64,000 nucleotides of DNA from Lama glama (GCA_028534125.1 CM052817.1:31250001-31314000); one strand, 5' to 3'. Shown: positions 40,298 to 55,039, counted from the stretch's first letter. The notes: generated by a model from the letters alone, not told the origin. A program made the numbers and translations.

Positions 40298-41708
40298 AAA
40301 TACAGTTAATAAAATGGTGCCATGTTTTTTACTTCCTAGTCAGTGGCAGAAAAAAACATACAGAGTAAAATGTTACCAGTTTCTACCCAAGTAGCATGAT
40401 CATCACCAAACTAAAGAAATCAATACACTATTAACACATAAATAAAAATTACCAAAGCATTCGACATTCTAGGAATGTCAGTCTCATTTTGCCAAAGAGA
40501 AACACATATAAAAGGGAAAGAGAATGACTAGCAGTTTATTTTTGAATGCACGTCAATGATTAAATTACAAAATTAATTACATTTACAAATAAATGAACCT
40601 TAATGTAACTCAACAAAGCACCTCTCTGCTCTAGGAATTTAATAATTAAGTGGTATCTCTCTACTAAAGAAGAATTTTACTGCAGGATATTGTTTATTTT
40701 CACATGTCACATGAGATTAAAATCAGAGAGCTAATACAGAAAGGATACTAACTCAAGGGTAAACATTTTTTATTATCATTCCCAAGTACAGCCATGATTA
40801 CAAGAGTTATTATGTCAATAAAATTCTAAGGTATTTTTGACATGTAAGATTAGAAAGAAAAGGTGTTTCAATTATGGAACATTCCTCTATAAATAACTTC
40901 TATTTTTTATTTTAAAAAGTATATTAATGTATTCCATAAGTACTTATTCAGCATTATGTTCCAGGTATTATGGGAATATGCAAGACTGGGGAGGATCCCT
41001 GGCCTAAGAAATTTACATTTAAGTGGGAAGGTAAAGAACATAATAGAATATCTTCATAAATCCTCAGAGAAAAGATAAAGCAGAGTAAGACCGAGTGATA
41101 GTAGCAACAAGAAGGAAGCCTATCTGATCAAGTTCATATTTGAACAGAAATTGAGTGAAATAAGTGAGAGAGTCACAAGAATGCAGAGTCCCAGAGAAAA
41201 GGACAGTAGGTGCAAAGGCTCTGAGGTTAAGAACAAATTGGAATATTCAAGAAATAGCAAGAACAGAAACTGTTATTTACTTCCAGCAAAAGGTTGAGAA
41301 TTTATCAAAGTTGTGAACATCACCTAACATACATACTAGGTTTAAAAAATAGCTGAGAGCAAATGCTCCAGACTAAACTCTCAGAGATGTAAGTGGACAA
41401 AAGTGGAGGTGATATTACCACTTAGTATCTAAAAAAGATACACAATTTCTGTACTTTTAACAAATCCTATGTGTTAACACAGATACAGCATGTAAGGAAT
41501 ATCACATTAAAAGGCATTATCATTACGAGCTAGCACAAAGACACAGAGAGATCATACACCAAGCTGTTAAAGTTGGTTGTCTTAGAAAAGATGAATGCAA
41601 GAAAAAGAGAAGTTAAAGCAAAATGGAAAAATATTTATGGCATAGTTATTGAAAAAAAATGTTTCAAATATACTGTAAGCATGTATATATTCAACCTAAG
41701 GACATTAC

Positions 41709-41849
41709 CTTGTTTTTGGTAGTGCAGGAATCAATTTCAGTTACCTTGTGGCATTCTTTCTTACATGTATGATTCTGACAATCTAAGGTTCGTCCACACA
41801 TTCTCTTACAAGAGTAGGGTCCTACAGCATGGCATGGTAGTGGGCTCAC
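41709..41849 (-). CDS. NFXL1: NFXL1 coding exon (~17)
   Basis: taag|GTG...AAG|gtaatg; 141 nt; [47 protein letters not shown]. Confidence 0.95.
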
Positions 41850-42263
41850 CTTAAAATTTAAGAAAAAAAGGAAAATTAGCAATACACACACACAAAACCT
41901 ATCAGAAGCATGTTTCCAAAATGCCTCTGTTTTCACTTGAGAACAAGTTTCGTCTAATACATTTTCATTAATAACTGTTATTATCAAAATCAAAGTAATC
42001 TATCCAAAAAATCCAAAGAAGGAATGCCAAGAAGCAAAAAAAGTCTAATCCTAAAAGGGAAATTCAATATAATTATTTTGTAGTGAATGCATATAGAAAG
42101 GCTAATTCCCAAATAAAAGCACTGTATATTGTAAAAATTAATAGACAAACTCTTATACTCGTTGTAGCACTAAAAAGACAATACTTTTTGTTATTTCTAG
42201 CAACCATCATACAGAAAAGGTATAGATTACAAGCTTTACTTAAAACTTGTGCTTGTAACTCAC

Positions 42264-42285
42264 CTCGTGCTTCCCAAGACATTCC
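42264..42285 (-). CDS. NFXL1: NFXL1 22-nt micro-exon (~16)
   Basis: cctgcag|G GAA TGT CTT GGG AAG CAC GAG|gtgagt; (M)ECLGKHE; needed to join a phase-2 donor to a phase-0 acceptor. Confidence 0.92.
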
Positions 42286-42384
42286 CTGCAGGAAAAAAAT
42301 AAAATGAAATGAAAACATTATACATTCTTCAAAAAGAATATTTTTATAGTAAAGATGCTAACTCTACTAGTTTTTTACTTAAGA

Positions 42385-44640
42385 ACAAAAAAATAAACAC
42401 ATATGGAAATAGTAAGTGATTACAGAAAGGTTGCAGGATACAAAGTTAATACACAAAAGCCAATTGCTTTCCTGTATACCAGCAATGAACAACTAGGATT
42501 AGACATCAAAAACACACCATTCATAATTAGCACACAAAAAAATTAAATACTTAGGTATAAATCTAACAAAATAAATACATGATCTATATGAAGAAAATTA
42601 CAAGACACTGATAAAAGAAATAAAAGATCTAAATACATGGAGAGATATTTCATGTTCATCTATAGAAAGGCAAAATATTATTAAAATGGCACTTCTTCCC
42701 AACTTGATCTGGATTCAACACAATTCCAATCAAAATCCCAGCAAGTTATTTTGTGGATTATCAACAAATTGATTCTAAGGTCTATATGGAAAGAGTAAAA
42801 ACCCAGGATGGCCAACACAGTACTGAAGAACAGCAAAGAGAGAGGACAGACACTACCCAAACTCAAGACTTACTATGAGGCTACAGTGATCAAGACAGTA
42901 TGGTATTGCGGAAAGAATACACAAATCAACTGAACAGAATAGAGCCTAGAAATGGACCCACATAAATGTAGCCAACTGATCTTTGACAAAGGAGAAAGGC
43001 AATCAAATACAGAAAGGATAGTCTCTTCAACAAGTGACTGGTGCTGGAACAAAGGGAGATCCATATGGAGAAAAAGATACAACAAACCTTACACCTTTCA
43101 CAGCAGTTAACTCAAAATGGATCACAGCCCTAAATGTGAAATGCACAAGTATAAAACAAAGGAGAAAATCTAGGTGACCTTGGGTTTGGTAATGACTTTT
43201 TAAACACAACATCAAAAGAAAGAAAAATGGTTTAGCTGGACTTCATTAAATCAAAAACATATGCTCTGCCATAAACACTTAAATAAAAAAGGGTTAAATG
43301 AAAACACTTAAATGAAAAGACAAAAATCACAGACTGGGGGAAAATATCTGGAAAACACATATCCACTAAAGGACTTATATCCAAAATACAAAAGAATCTT
43401 AAAACTCAGCAATAAGAAATCAAACAATCCAATTTTTTTAACGGCCAAGATTTGAACGGAGAACAGACACTTCACCAGAGAAGACATACAAATGGCAAAT
43501 AAGCATGTGAAAAAATGTTCAGCATCATATGCCATTAGAGAACTGTCAATTAAAACAATGAGATACGACTATACACCTACTGGAATGGCTAAAACCCAAA
43601 ATCCTGACAACAGCTTATGCTGGCAAAGATGTAGGCAACAGGAATTCTCATTCATTGTTGGTAAGAATGCAAAATGGTACAAGCCACTTTGTTAGACAGC
43701 TTGGCAGTGTCTTATAAAAGTAAACGTAGACTTACCATATGATCCAGCAATAGCACTCCTAAATACCTACCAAATGAGCTGAAAACATGTCCACACAAAA
43801 ACCTGCACATAATTGTTTTCTTCGTAACTGCCAAAACTTGGAAACAACCAAAATGTCTTTTAATAGGTGAATGGATAAACAAACAGTGATAAATACATAA
43901 AACGGAATATTATTCAGCAATAAAAAGAAATGAGTTATCAAGCCATAAAAAGACATGGAGGAAACTTAAATGTGTATTATTAAGTACAATATGCTAAAAA
44001 GGTTACATATTGTAGGATTACAACTACAGGACATTTTGGAAAAGACAGTAAAAAGATCGATGGTTTCCAGGGACTTCAGGGGGAAGGAGGTGAGGGATAA
44101 ATAAAGGTAGCATGTTTTTAGGGCAGTGAAACTATTCTGTATGGTACTGTAATGGTGGATACATGAGATTATACAATTATCAAAACTCATGGACCATATA
44201 ACTCAAAAAGTAAACCCTAATATAAACTATAGACTTTAGGTAATAATAATGTTATCAGTTCCTCAACTGTAAAAAAAAAAAAAATCTACTCTAAGAAAGA
44301 AATTATATTACCTGGATAGTTCATGTGACAAGTAATATTTTTCAACATATACTTCATAATAAGTTTGTTTTACATGCCACTGAAAAATCATTATATCAGA
44401 GTTAGAAGGATCACTATACTTTTGTTTTTCTTTTTTAGACTGAGATAAAATTCATATACCATTAAAGTTATACTTTTAAAGACTACAATTCCACAATAAT
44501 ATAAGCTATTAATAATAGAGGAAACTATAGGTGTGTGGCAGGACATAGGGGAACTTTTTGTACTTTCTGTGCAATTTGCCTGGAAACCTAAAAAATCATC
44601 TAAAAAAGATAAAGTCTATTTTAAAAAATAAATAAATACT
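42385..44640 (+). mobile_element. old L1M (ORF2 3' half and 3' UTR), antisense to NFXL1
   Basis: ggttgcaggatacaaagttaat, tactatgaggctacagtgatcaagacagtatggtattg, ttaccatatgatccagcaat; 3' end aataaataaata. Confidence 0.9.
44285..44491 (+). repeat. ~200-bp local duplicate (other copy 45170-45368) embedded in an L1 3' UTR
   Basis: tctactctaagaaagaaa-tatattacctggatagttca...atcagagttagaaggatc...tgagataaaatt...tacaattc shared by both copies. Confidence 0.9.
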
Positions 44641-45309
44641 TCATTTCCCTTTCAGGAAACTGGCTTAGAAACTGTATTGTGATTCTGTTCCGGGCCAATG
44701 AAATGTGAAAGGAGTTTTACTATGGGGCTTCTGGGAAAGGTTTCCTCACTCTTTAAATAAAAAAAATGATGGTTGAAGGCACAGTTTCCATTGACCCCTT
44801 TGGAAATTTCACTAGGTGGATGGGAAGCTTATCAGAAGGCCAAATAGCCTGAGAGCAAAGATGACACACGAAGAATAAAGCAGAAAGACAGAATCTGCTG
44901 CTTGATGATGCATCGCTGAATTAACCGGATTAACCAACCATGAAGCGGCTCTACCTCCAGTCTAATTGTGCAAGGCATAAACATTACCATGTTGCTTTCT
45001 ATTTATGGTTCTTGGTACTTGAAGCCAAAGGCACCCTAAATGAAATAACATACATATTACATGTGTTATATGTACATGTTCAGAACTCTCTTACCACAAG
45101 GCCAAATTATCATTAAACGTAATGTTATTTACAAAAACCAGAGGGCAAGGGATAAGAAAACAAGAACATTCTACTCTAAGAAAGAAACTATATTACCTGG
45201 ATAGTTCACATGACAATAAAAATATATACAATAATAATTTTGGTATATATACATGCCATTGAAAAATCACATCAGAGTTAGAAGGATCTTTATTCATGTT
45301 TTTCTCCCT

Positions 45310-47715
45310 TTTTAAATTGAGATAAAATTTGGATATCATATAATATATACTTTTGAAGAGTACAATTCAGTGGTGTTTAGTATACTCGTAAGGTTGTGTA
45401 ACCATCACCACTATTTAATTCTAAAATATTTTCATAATTTCAGAGAGAAATCCTAAAACTATTAGAAGTCACTTCCTCATGGTCTCCTGTCCGCGGCCCC
45501 TGGCAACTACTAATCTACTTTCTGTCTCTATGGATTTGCCTACTCTGGACATTTTATATAAGTAGAATCAAATATTATGGGGCCTTTTGTGTCCGGCTTT
45601 TTTTTCACTTAGCATGCTGTTTTCAAGGTTCATCCATGTTATAGCATGTATCAGTAATTCATGCATTTTTATAGCTGAATAATATTCCATTGTATGGATA
45701 TACCACATTTTGTTTATTCATTCACCAGCTGATAGACAACTGAGTTGTTTCCACTTTTTTGGCTATTAATAATAATGCTGCTATGGCCATTCACATACAA
45801 GTTTTTATGAACATATATTTTCAATTCTCTTGGGTTTAGATCTAAGAGTAAAGTTGCTGGGTCATATGGCAACTCCACATTTATAGTCTCCTGAGAAACT
45901 ACCAAGTGTTTTCCAAAGTAGCTATATCATGTTACATTTCCAATAGCAATGTACAATGGCTCCAACTTCTCTATACCTTCACCAACACTTATATGTCTTT
46001 TTTTATTTTAGCCTCCCTAGTGGGTGTAAAATGGTATCTCTCAGTGGTTTGGAGTTACATTTCCTAATCCATGATATTGAGCATCTTTTCACATGTGTTT
46101 ACTGGCCGTTTGTAGATTTCTTCTGGAGACGTCTATTCAAAGGCTTTGCCTATTTTTAAATTGGATATTTGTCTTTTTGTTTCTCAGTCTTAGAATTCTT
46201 TACATATTCTAGATAATATACTCCTATATAAGATATACAATTTACAAACAATTTCTACCATTCTGTGGGTTATCTTCAGTTTTTTGATCGTGTCCTTAAA
46301 ACACAATTTCCTGATAATGTTCTCTGACTTCACTTTCATAAAGTCCAATTAATCTATTTTTTACCTCGTCGCTTATGCTTTAGGTGTCATATCCAATAAA
46401 CCAATGCCTAATCTAAGGACACAAAGATTTACACCTGTGCTTTCTTCTAAAAGTTAAATAGTTTAAGTTCTTACTTTTTGGCCCCTGACCCATTTTGAGT
46501 TACTATTTATATATAGGCTGTGAGGCAGGGGACTGATTTCATTTTTTACCATGTGAATATCCAGTTGTCCCAGTACCATTTGTTGGAAAAAAAACATTGT
46601 TTCCCCCACTAAATTGTTCTGACACTCCTGTCCAAAAAAATCAATTGACCATAAATGTATAGATTTATTCCTGGACTGTCAGTTTTATTCCCTTGATCCA
46701 TATGTTTATCTGTATGCCAGTACCACCCAGTCTTTGGTCTTCTTTCTCTCAATAATGTTTTGTAGTTCTCAGTATACAAAAATAGATTTCTTTCATTAAA
46801 TTTGTTAAACAAAATGTTTGTTCTTTTTAATGCTATTGGAAGTGGGACTGTTTCCTTAATTTTCAGATTGCTCACTGTTAGTATACAGAAATAAAATTGA
46901 CTTTTATATATTCATCATATTTCCTATAATCTTACTGAACTCATTTAATATCTCTAATAACTTTTGTGAAGATTCCTTAGGATTTTCTATACACAAGATC
47001 ATGTCATCTGAAAATACAAATAGTTCTACTTCTTTATCCCCAGTGTGAATACTTTTTACTCCATTTTCTAGTCTAACTTTTCAGGCTAGCACTTCCAAAA
47101 CAATGTTGAACAAAAGCGGCAAGAGCAGATACCCTAGTCTTGTTCCTGATCTTAAGGGGGAAAGCTTTAAATCTTCCACCATTAAGTTTGTTACCTGTAG
47201 GTTTTTCACAGATGCCCTTTACCAGGTTGAGGAAGTTCTCTTTTAATTCAAATTTGTTGAGTGTTTTTATCAAGTATGTCAGATTGTGTCAAATGTTTTT
47301 CTGCATCTATCAACTTTCCTTTATTCTATTGATAAAGTATTACACTGATTGATTTGAATCAATGATTGACTGATGAATGAATGATTGATGTTGATTCAAC
47401 CTTGTATTTCTGGGATATATCCCACTTGGTTGGTGTATAATTCTTCTGTTGCTCGATTCAGTTTGCCAGTGTTTGGCTGAGAATTTTTACATCTATATTC
47501 AAAAGGGATATTGGTCTATAGTTTTCTTGTGATATTTTTCTCTTGTTTTAGTATCAGGGACATACTAGCGTCACTGAATGAGTTACGAGGTGTCCCTCCT
47601 TAGTGAAGCACTGGTGTTAATTCTTTAAATGTCTGGTAGAATTCAACAGTGACATCATCAGTCCTGAGCATTTCTTTGTAGTAAGCTTTCGGTTACTAAT
47701 TCAGTCTCTTTACTA
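45310..47715 (-). mobile_element. old L1M (ORF2 and 3' UTR), sense to NFXL1
   Basis: Minus-strand ORF fragments MIKTLNK...LNLVKGICEKPT, WYWHTDKHMDQ and ELPYDPAT; T-rich tail at ~45310. Confidence 0.9.
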
Positions 47716-47768
47716 CACTTTGAACTATGTCAAAAGATTTTTTTAAAAAGCTAAAATTCTACTACTTA

Positions 47769-47861
<93 letters not shown>

Positions 47862-48583
47862 CTACAAGTAAAATACATGACAATTTTAAGTTAGAGGGAT
47901 TAAATTGTACAGCCATTATAAGAATCTATGAAAATTGTTCCAGAAATCCTCTGCTTAAGCAGGTTAAAATTTTTTCAAGTAAGCAACAAATCGTGCTTAC
48001 TGAAATATTTTATTCCATCCTTATTCTATCACATTGTTCCCCTTCAACATTCTTATATTAAAAATTGAGGCAGACTCTAGTTTTTAAATGACAGAACAAA
48101 GACAATATAGCCTCTTTCACTTCTCATAAGCCAAAAGAGTAAGAAACAGAATTGTAAAATCCAAATTCCATCAATAGAATGTAATCTCCATTATTTTGTT
48201 CATTGTTGTCTCCCCAGCACCTAGAACAATGCTTAACACATAGTAAGGACTCAATAAATATTCACTGAATGAATCTTTGAGGAAACCAGGAGATATCTAT
48301 AACCCTAAACCACCACATATGAAGGAAGACTGACAAATTCATCTGTACAATGTAACATGACTATCACACTGTACTTGCAAACATTTCTTTACTGGTTTCT
48401 CTCCTTTTCTATATTAAGAGCTTCTTAAGACAAAAGACCAAGTCTTATTTACCTTGTACCCCAGCTCCTACCAGTGTTTAATACCCAATAGGTACTTAAT
48501 CATTGCTTGTTGAACGACTAAGTAAAATTACAAAAATATGACCCACGGTAATGCACTATCTCTCAATAATATTGCTCCCTTAC

Positions 48584-48743
48584 CCTGCCAGTTTGCTTTA
48601 TTAATGCTTGATCATGACATGGAACAGGACACAAGTGACCGCATTTCTCCAAAACCTTTTGGCAAGGTTGATGACATGGAGGACAAGAGCCAAAGTGACA
48701 GCGATGTTTTTCTTGACTTGTATGATGGCAAGTTGGTGGTCGA
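48584..48743 (-). CDS. NFXL1: NFXL1 coding exon (~14)
   Basis: ttag|T CGA...AGG|gtaagg; 160 nt; [53 protein letters not shown]. Confidence 0.95.
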
Positions 48744-48975
48744 CTAAATCATAAAGTACAATTTTTTAAATTACTTTCAGTCATTGAACAATTATATCTA
48801 AAAATGCAATTATCTAATTATATATCTTCTGATTCCATACAGAATGAGCATATTGTGAATATTAATATTTTAGAACATTAAAGCAAAATTGAAAATATTA
48901 ACAGTATTAAAAAATCAGTATGAATTTAAATCTGTAGGACACCAGATGTAAGTCTGTGCGGAGTTTCGTACTAAC

Positions 48976-49096
48976 CTGCACTGCTCTTTGCACTTGGGGG
49001 GTCTTGTGGTACGTTCTCGGCCACAGGGTACTGTCACCTTTGTATGACCACAATTGCACTTCACATCTACGGTTTCTGGGCAAGGATAACAACTAC
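48976..49096 (-). CDS. NFXL1: NFXL1 coding exon (~13)
   Basis: tcag|GT AGT...TGC AG|gttagt; 121 nt; [39 protein letters not shown]. Confidence 0.95.
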
Positions 49097-49199
49097 CTGA
49101 AAAAAAGGTCTGAAACTTAAAGAGAAATTTCCTTAACTATTCAAATTCCCATCAGTAAGAGAATCAGTAAGTTTAGTACGTTCGGATACTCTCCTATGA

Positions 49200-49502
49200 G
49201 AATAAAGAAACTATATGAATGAATCTCACACACATAACACTGAGCAAAAGAAATCAAACACAAAGAGTATACAGCATATGATTCTATTCACATAAAACAA
49301 ACAAGAAAAACAAATCTATGTTGTTCAAAATCAGGATATGATTACAAAGGACACAAAAAGTTTAGGAAATGCTGCTAACGTTCTGTTTAATGATCTGAGT
49401 TCTGGTTACATGGCTATGATCAGTTTATAAAAAGTCATCAAGCTGTACACTTATGATCTGTATACTTTTCTACACCTACACTGGTCCTTCAATAAAAAGT
49501 TT
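49200..49502 (+). mobile_element. old L1ME-type 3' UTR fragment
   Basis: gaatgaatctcacacacataacactgagcaaaagaa...aagctgtacacttatgatctgtatac...aataaaaag. Confidence 0.65.
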
Positions 49503-51474
49503 CAGAATTGTCTTTAAAATTTGCTAAAAGTTCTGTTCTAAATAACAAATTTAACACATTATTCATTCAAAACTACACAAGCAAAATGGAGCTAACTCTT
49601 CGGAAAATTTAACGTTAACAATAATCTTTTTGGCTTAGTTTCATACATACATCTATTCAAGTATATTATTTTCAGATAAATTCTCCACTAAGAGTGAATT
49701 CTCATCAGGTTAACAACAGTACAAACAATTTTTGCATTACCTGTGCTTTGTGAAAGTCTAAATTCTAAAATCGTATTTTAGGCTACAATTCCAAATATTT
49801 CTCTTTTAAACATTTCAAAAGAAAAAGTTTTTAGGGTTTCAGCTTTTGATTTTCTTTTGTTGTGGGTTGGTAGAAATACACAAAAACAAACTGAAAGAAA
49901 TGTTTCTAAACAGGCTATAAAGTTCTCTCCAAAGCTTTAACATCATCTTTAAAGGCTTTCTTCCCACTCTTGTTTTCCCAGTAAGGCACCCCATTATAAA
50001 TGAAATAAGAAGAAGGGAATAAAGAGTCTTTAGCTAAGGAGTAGGTATCACAAGAGAATGCTGCCTACGTATCAGGACCAAGCAGGCAAAACACTGAGTA
50101 GCAGTTAACCTGATAAGAAATAGATTAATGATGAAAAATCATCCCATTAAAGCCTCGAGAAGTTCAAAATGGTTCCTTAAAACAAACAAAAGTTAAGAAT
50201 TTTGATTCAAATAATGATCACAGAAAAAGAAATAGAGTAAAAAGCACCATAGAGAAAACACACACACATATTGTATAAATTACCAAATTTATACTTTAGT
50301 GTTTTGATTAAGTATAATCCAGTGAAGTATTATCTTGATGGTAGTGTGAGCCAAGTTACCCTGACTCACGTGATCAAATTTTATTTTGATCTTTCCAAAA
50401 GAAGAATGACTGGATGTCACATTTTTTGAAAGCTAATAGCAACATTTTATGTCTGTTCTTACTCAGCACATTATATCAATTTCCACGCTTAACAATGATA
50501 ATTTTCATACCTCTTCAGCAATTCAAAGACAAATTTATCAAACATAACCTTTCTGCCACCCTAAACTACAGCATCACTTTTCCTTTTTTTAAATTAAATC
50601 TTGAGAACAAAAAGGGATAATTTCTCTGAACAGTCTTCCTACTGAAACCATGACAGATACCTGTACAACATGATGGATAAATTAAAATAATTTCACTGAT
50701 AATACATACTTTTTAAATGAAAAGGAAGCATACAGAACGTAACTACAGTGACCAGTGGGTCATCGGTCCAGTAATTTTAGAACCATAAACATAGATGGCC
50801 TTAAAAGAACTATAAATCAAACTTCATATATTCACAGTGCAAACACGTAGCATCTTCTCCTGATGAGTTAACAGTTTAAATTATGAAGGTGCCTAGTATG
50901 ATGGAAAATGATATAAAATAATGATTTTAGATATCTCGTGTAACTGAGTATTAAACAAACGGTGAGAGTTGCACAACGATATCTTCACACATTTTCCGTA
51001 AGTTTTGTCAGAGGCTAATAAGCTGCTTTTTAAAAAAATAAACATTCTGCCAAAAAATAAATAAATAATTGAAACTGGAGCTGATCAAACCTCTAGTCCT
51101 ACTAACAATTTATAAGAAATACGGAGAAAAATGTCAACTAATATCACAGAGGTGCAATCTGCAAAATTCAGACTCTGTGAAATTAAAGCAACCAAGTGAC
51201 AAAGGAAAAGAAAAAAGACGGAAAATTATAGAAAAAGAGGTAAATATTAGGTTAATAGACTTTAGAGACATCAACCAATTACAACGTCAATCTCACTAGG
51301 TTTTTGAGTCATACAAACTGAAGTAAAAGATGAAGGTATTCATGAGACAACAAGGTGACACCAGATATTTGCTGATATTAAGAAATAGATGAACTATTTT
51401 CAGGTTAAGAATCCATCTTTTAGAGATGCATAATGAAGTATTTACAGGATTTGGCTCAAAATTACACAAGGGGG

Positions 51475-52215
51475 GATATGCTTTCAACATTTCTCCACCA
51501 AGTATGATACTTGCTCTAGCCTTTCTGCAGATAATCTGCATCAGGTTAAGGATGCTCTCTTGTATTTCTAGTTAGGTTTTCATCATATATGGATGTTGAA
51601 TTTTATCAACTGTTTTTGAGACACTTACTAAAATGATCTTATTTCTCCTTTAATCTGTTAATCTGATAAAAACATGTTATTACATTTACTAATCTTAAAC
51701 CAACCATACATTATTGCAATAAACCCAACTTGGTTATGATAGATTAAGGTTTTGGATAGGTAATACTATAGTACCAGATAGCTGGATTTGAGTGGCTAAA
51801 ACTTGAATATTTTACAAACATATTCATGAGTTAGACTGGACTATAATTTTCTCTTCCTTTCCTTGTAAGATGATAAGCTAGGGCACATTCCTTTTTTACA
51901 TATACTATCAAATATTTTATAAAGAGACTGAACTTTTATATATATATATACCTTAAATGTTCATTTGTTAAAAATCATGTGTAATAATGGAAAAGAATCT
52001 GAAAAGAAAAAATATATATATTATGTATGTACTCATATAATTGAATAACTTTGCTGTACAACTGAAACTAATATTGTAAATCAACTACACTTCAATAAAA
52101 TTTTTTTTTAAACTCATGTGTAAAAATCAACTATGCCTGGTGTTTTCCTGCTAAGAAAATTCTAAACTTCTGATCCAGTTTCTTTCATGGTCATATAAGT
52201 AGTCTGCTTTTCTAC
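51475..52215 (-). mobile_element. old L1 ORF2 fragment with a nested younger L1 3' end (+, ~51985-52109)
   Basis: tttcaacatttctccaccaagtatgata...aaacccaacttggttatgat; nested piece flanked by aaa(a/c)tcatgtgtaa duplication. Confidence 0.7.
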
Positions 52216-53289
52216 TTAAAGTGAAGCTCATATTATAACAGTGGTCTAACAGGCCCTACACATATTCTCCTTTCCCCAGCAATCCGGCATCCCACCATCT
52301 CTTTGAACTCATCTCCCACCATGTGTCCCCTGGAGCAACTACTTCAGTCCTCCTTCAGGTGTTCCCGCCTCAAAGCCTCTGTGATCACAGTACCCCAACT
52401 CCATTTCCACAGGGCTTGATCCCCTACTTCTCTCAGGATTCCCTTCACATGTCATCATTTCAGTGTCTTCCTCTGACCACACTGTTTAGAACAGTACATA
52501 CCACCCCGACTATCACAATTTTAACTTTACTCTAATTTTCTTTCTATACTTGTCCCTGATATTCTATACTAATTTGTTATTCATTTTATTCTAACTGAGG
52601 TGGAATAAAAAAGTAAGTTCCACAAAAGCAAGTACTTCATCAAAATTATTCTCTCAAAAAAAAAAAATTATTCTCCATGTAATCCCAATGCCGGTACTTG
52701 GGAGACACCCCAAAATACTTATTGAATGAATTAATGACTAACTTCAGACTGTTCACAAAATTCAAATTTAATGGGTCAATGATGTAAATTAACTATAAAA
52801 GGGAATAAAATCCTTTTCGTGATGATGCAAACTGAAAAACTAGTTCTAAACTTTGCAACCTAAAGACACTGAGAGATCAGAGAATATCCACAGGGAAATG
52901 TCTATGGGGTTAATAGAATTTGCCACTTTTACTCATGGGGAGGCAATATGGTGTAATATTATTGAAGTGTAGGTTCACATCCTGACTTTGCAACTAGTTC
53001 TATGACTCTGGACCAACAGCCTCTGTACCTGCTTCCTCATTATAGAAAACAACAGCAATATCACATACATTATAAGATTTCTGAGAGGATTAAGACGTTA
53101 CAGGAGATAATCCAGCATCCACCTATTCCTAAAAGGCAACAAAAAACAGTACAGGAATTTATCTCAAAACTAAGCCCAGACTTGAGTCAGGACCTCCTAA
53201 CTTAAGTCCATGCTCTCTCCACTACATTCTACTACATTTCATATCAGCATACTCCAAAAGAGTAAAGTTAACTCAGTTTTCAATGTCTA

Positions 53290-53693
53290 ATGACTTATCC
53301 ACCCCTTTCAGGTGGTATACAAGGTCTCATATGCATGGATTAAAATTTTCCAGAAGCTATGTAACATGTGATATCACAACAGATTGAACACAGAAGCGGA
53401 TACGTGAATCTAGCTATCTTCTATTAAACTAGACATTAAAGACATTTGCAAAAATATAGAACAATACTATTCTAAATTTTTTCCAGAAAATAGTTATTTT
53501 TCATAGAAAATGTTACTGTATTAAGATGTAATGGGTTATTCCTAATTTTAAATAAAATAATAAATGTTACTACATTTTATTTTAATTCAAATACAATAAA
53601 TGTCAGTAGGTAAAACCCACATTAACAAAAGGTCTTTTGGTCTAAAAAGACTGTAAAGGGGTCTTGAGAACAAAAATTTTGAGAACCACTGGT
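53290..53693 (+). mobile_element. hAT-Charlie fragment
   Basis: gatatcacaacagattgaacacagaagc...ctattaaactagacattaaagacatttgcaaaaat...tttgagaaccactg. Confidence 0.6.
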
Positions 53694-54088
53694 TAGAATA
53701 TATCCAATCCCTTATAAGGCTTAATTTCATATAAATGTCTAAAATTCAAAATAATACTGACAAACCTAAGAATATATTAATTAATTTAAAAACTTCATGA
53801 GGAAAGTCACGAAGAAGTAAGGAAACAACATGGTGTTACAGAAAGAACAAAAAGCCTACATTCAGAAGGCCTGGGTTCAAATCTTGGCTATATTGCTTTA
53901 CTAAATATTTCCCTAGGTAAGTCACATCCTCTTTAGCTTAAATTTTCTTGTCCATAAAAGAAGAGCATTGGTGACTGCCCTAACTTCTCAAGATTTTTAA
54001 GAGTAAGATAATAAATGTGAAAGCTCTCTGTCAACTATAAAGCACTATGTAAATATAAACATAAAATTACAGCTATGTTAAATTTTAC

Positions 54089-54179
54089 CTCTATGGCAGA
54101 CAGATGGACACTTATGGTTTCTACATCCTAAAGTCCGTCCACAGTTTTGATCACAAGGTGGACAGTTTCCAGGGCAACA
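54089..54179 (-). CDS. NFXL1: NFXL1 coding exon (~12)
   Basis: ttag|TGT...AGA G|gtaaaa; 91 nt; [30 protein letters not shown]. Confidence 0.95.
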
Positions 54180-55039
54180 CTAAAGGGAAAGCAATATATA
54201 AAGAACAGGTAATTTGAAAATCATACATAATATGAATGTCATTACTACTTATTCACAGAACTTAGGGAAGTCAAAAGATAGTTCTTTTCACTGTAAGAAC
54301 AGAAGTATTCAAGAGTATCAACATTCTTGTGCAGAATACATTGTACTAAGACCTTGTAAGTTTATAAAGACAATGACCTTATTTAGTGAAATCAAGCTAA
54401 ATTTTCTTGCCCTTTAGTTAATTATTCAATGACTTAAAATAGTCCCATAAGATAGTTTCTCTTCTATTTATCTACACAGAGATTGACATCAACCACAGGA
54501 ATGTATCTGGTCAAATCATATCGTCAATTCAGGCAAAGAATTAATCTGGCTATTTTTAAAATTTAATTAAAATAAAACCAGTTCAATGTATAGATTAGTT
54601 TGGCAGTTATTTTCAAACCATAGAATGAGACACTAAAGGAGAGAAGCAGAGGTAGGCTAATGGCTTCTAGCTTTATTTCATTACTTCCCTGATTTCCAAT
54701 CTGTGACAAATACAGCTGTCTATGACCTACCCCAATTTCCATTCACAAACATAAGGCAACTACTTAAAAGTCCATCTTGCCATTCTAACCTCTCATATAT
54801 CCAAACCTTGCAAAAAAAATACAGACTACAATTGTCTTAAGGAAACTTAGGATTATTACCTACTTAAGGACAAGTTTCAGTATATAAAAATAGCTCAAAA
54901 CAAAATACATATTGTTGAAAAGCAATTAAAAGTCAAAATACTTCATTCAATTAGGCAAATATTTCTCGCTAAGTAATACCACGTGCCTATCTATCACCTT
55001 CCCAGTGGCAGTGGGGAAAAGACGATTATATGGTCCATG

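Noticed and set aside
45289..45294. Intronic AATAAA after the sense L1 as a premature NFXL1 poly(A) site
   Set aside because: Such hexamers are frequent in this AT-rich intron and there is no supporting evidence
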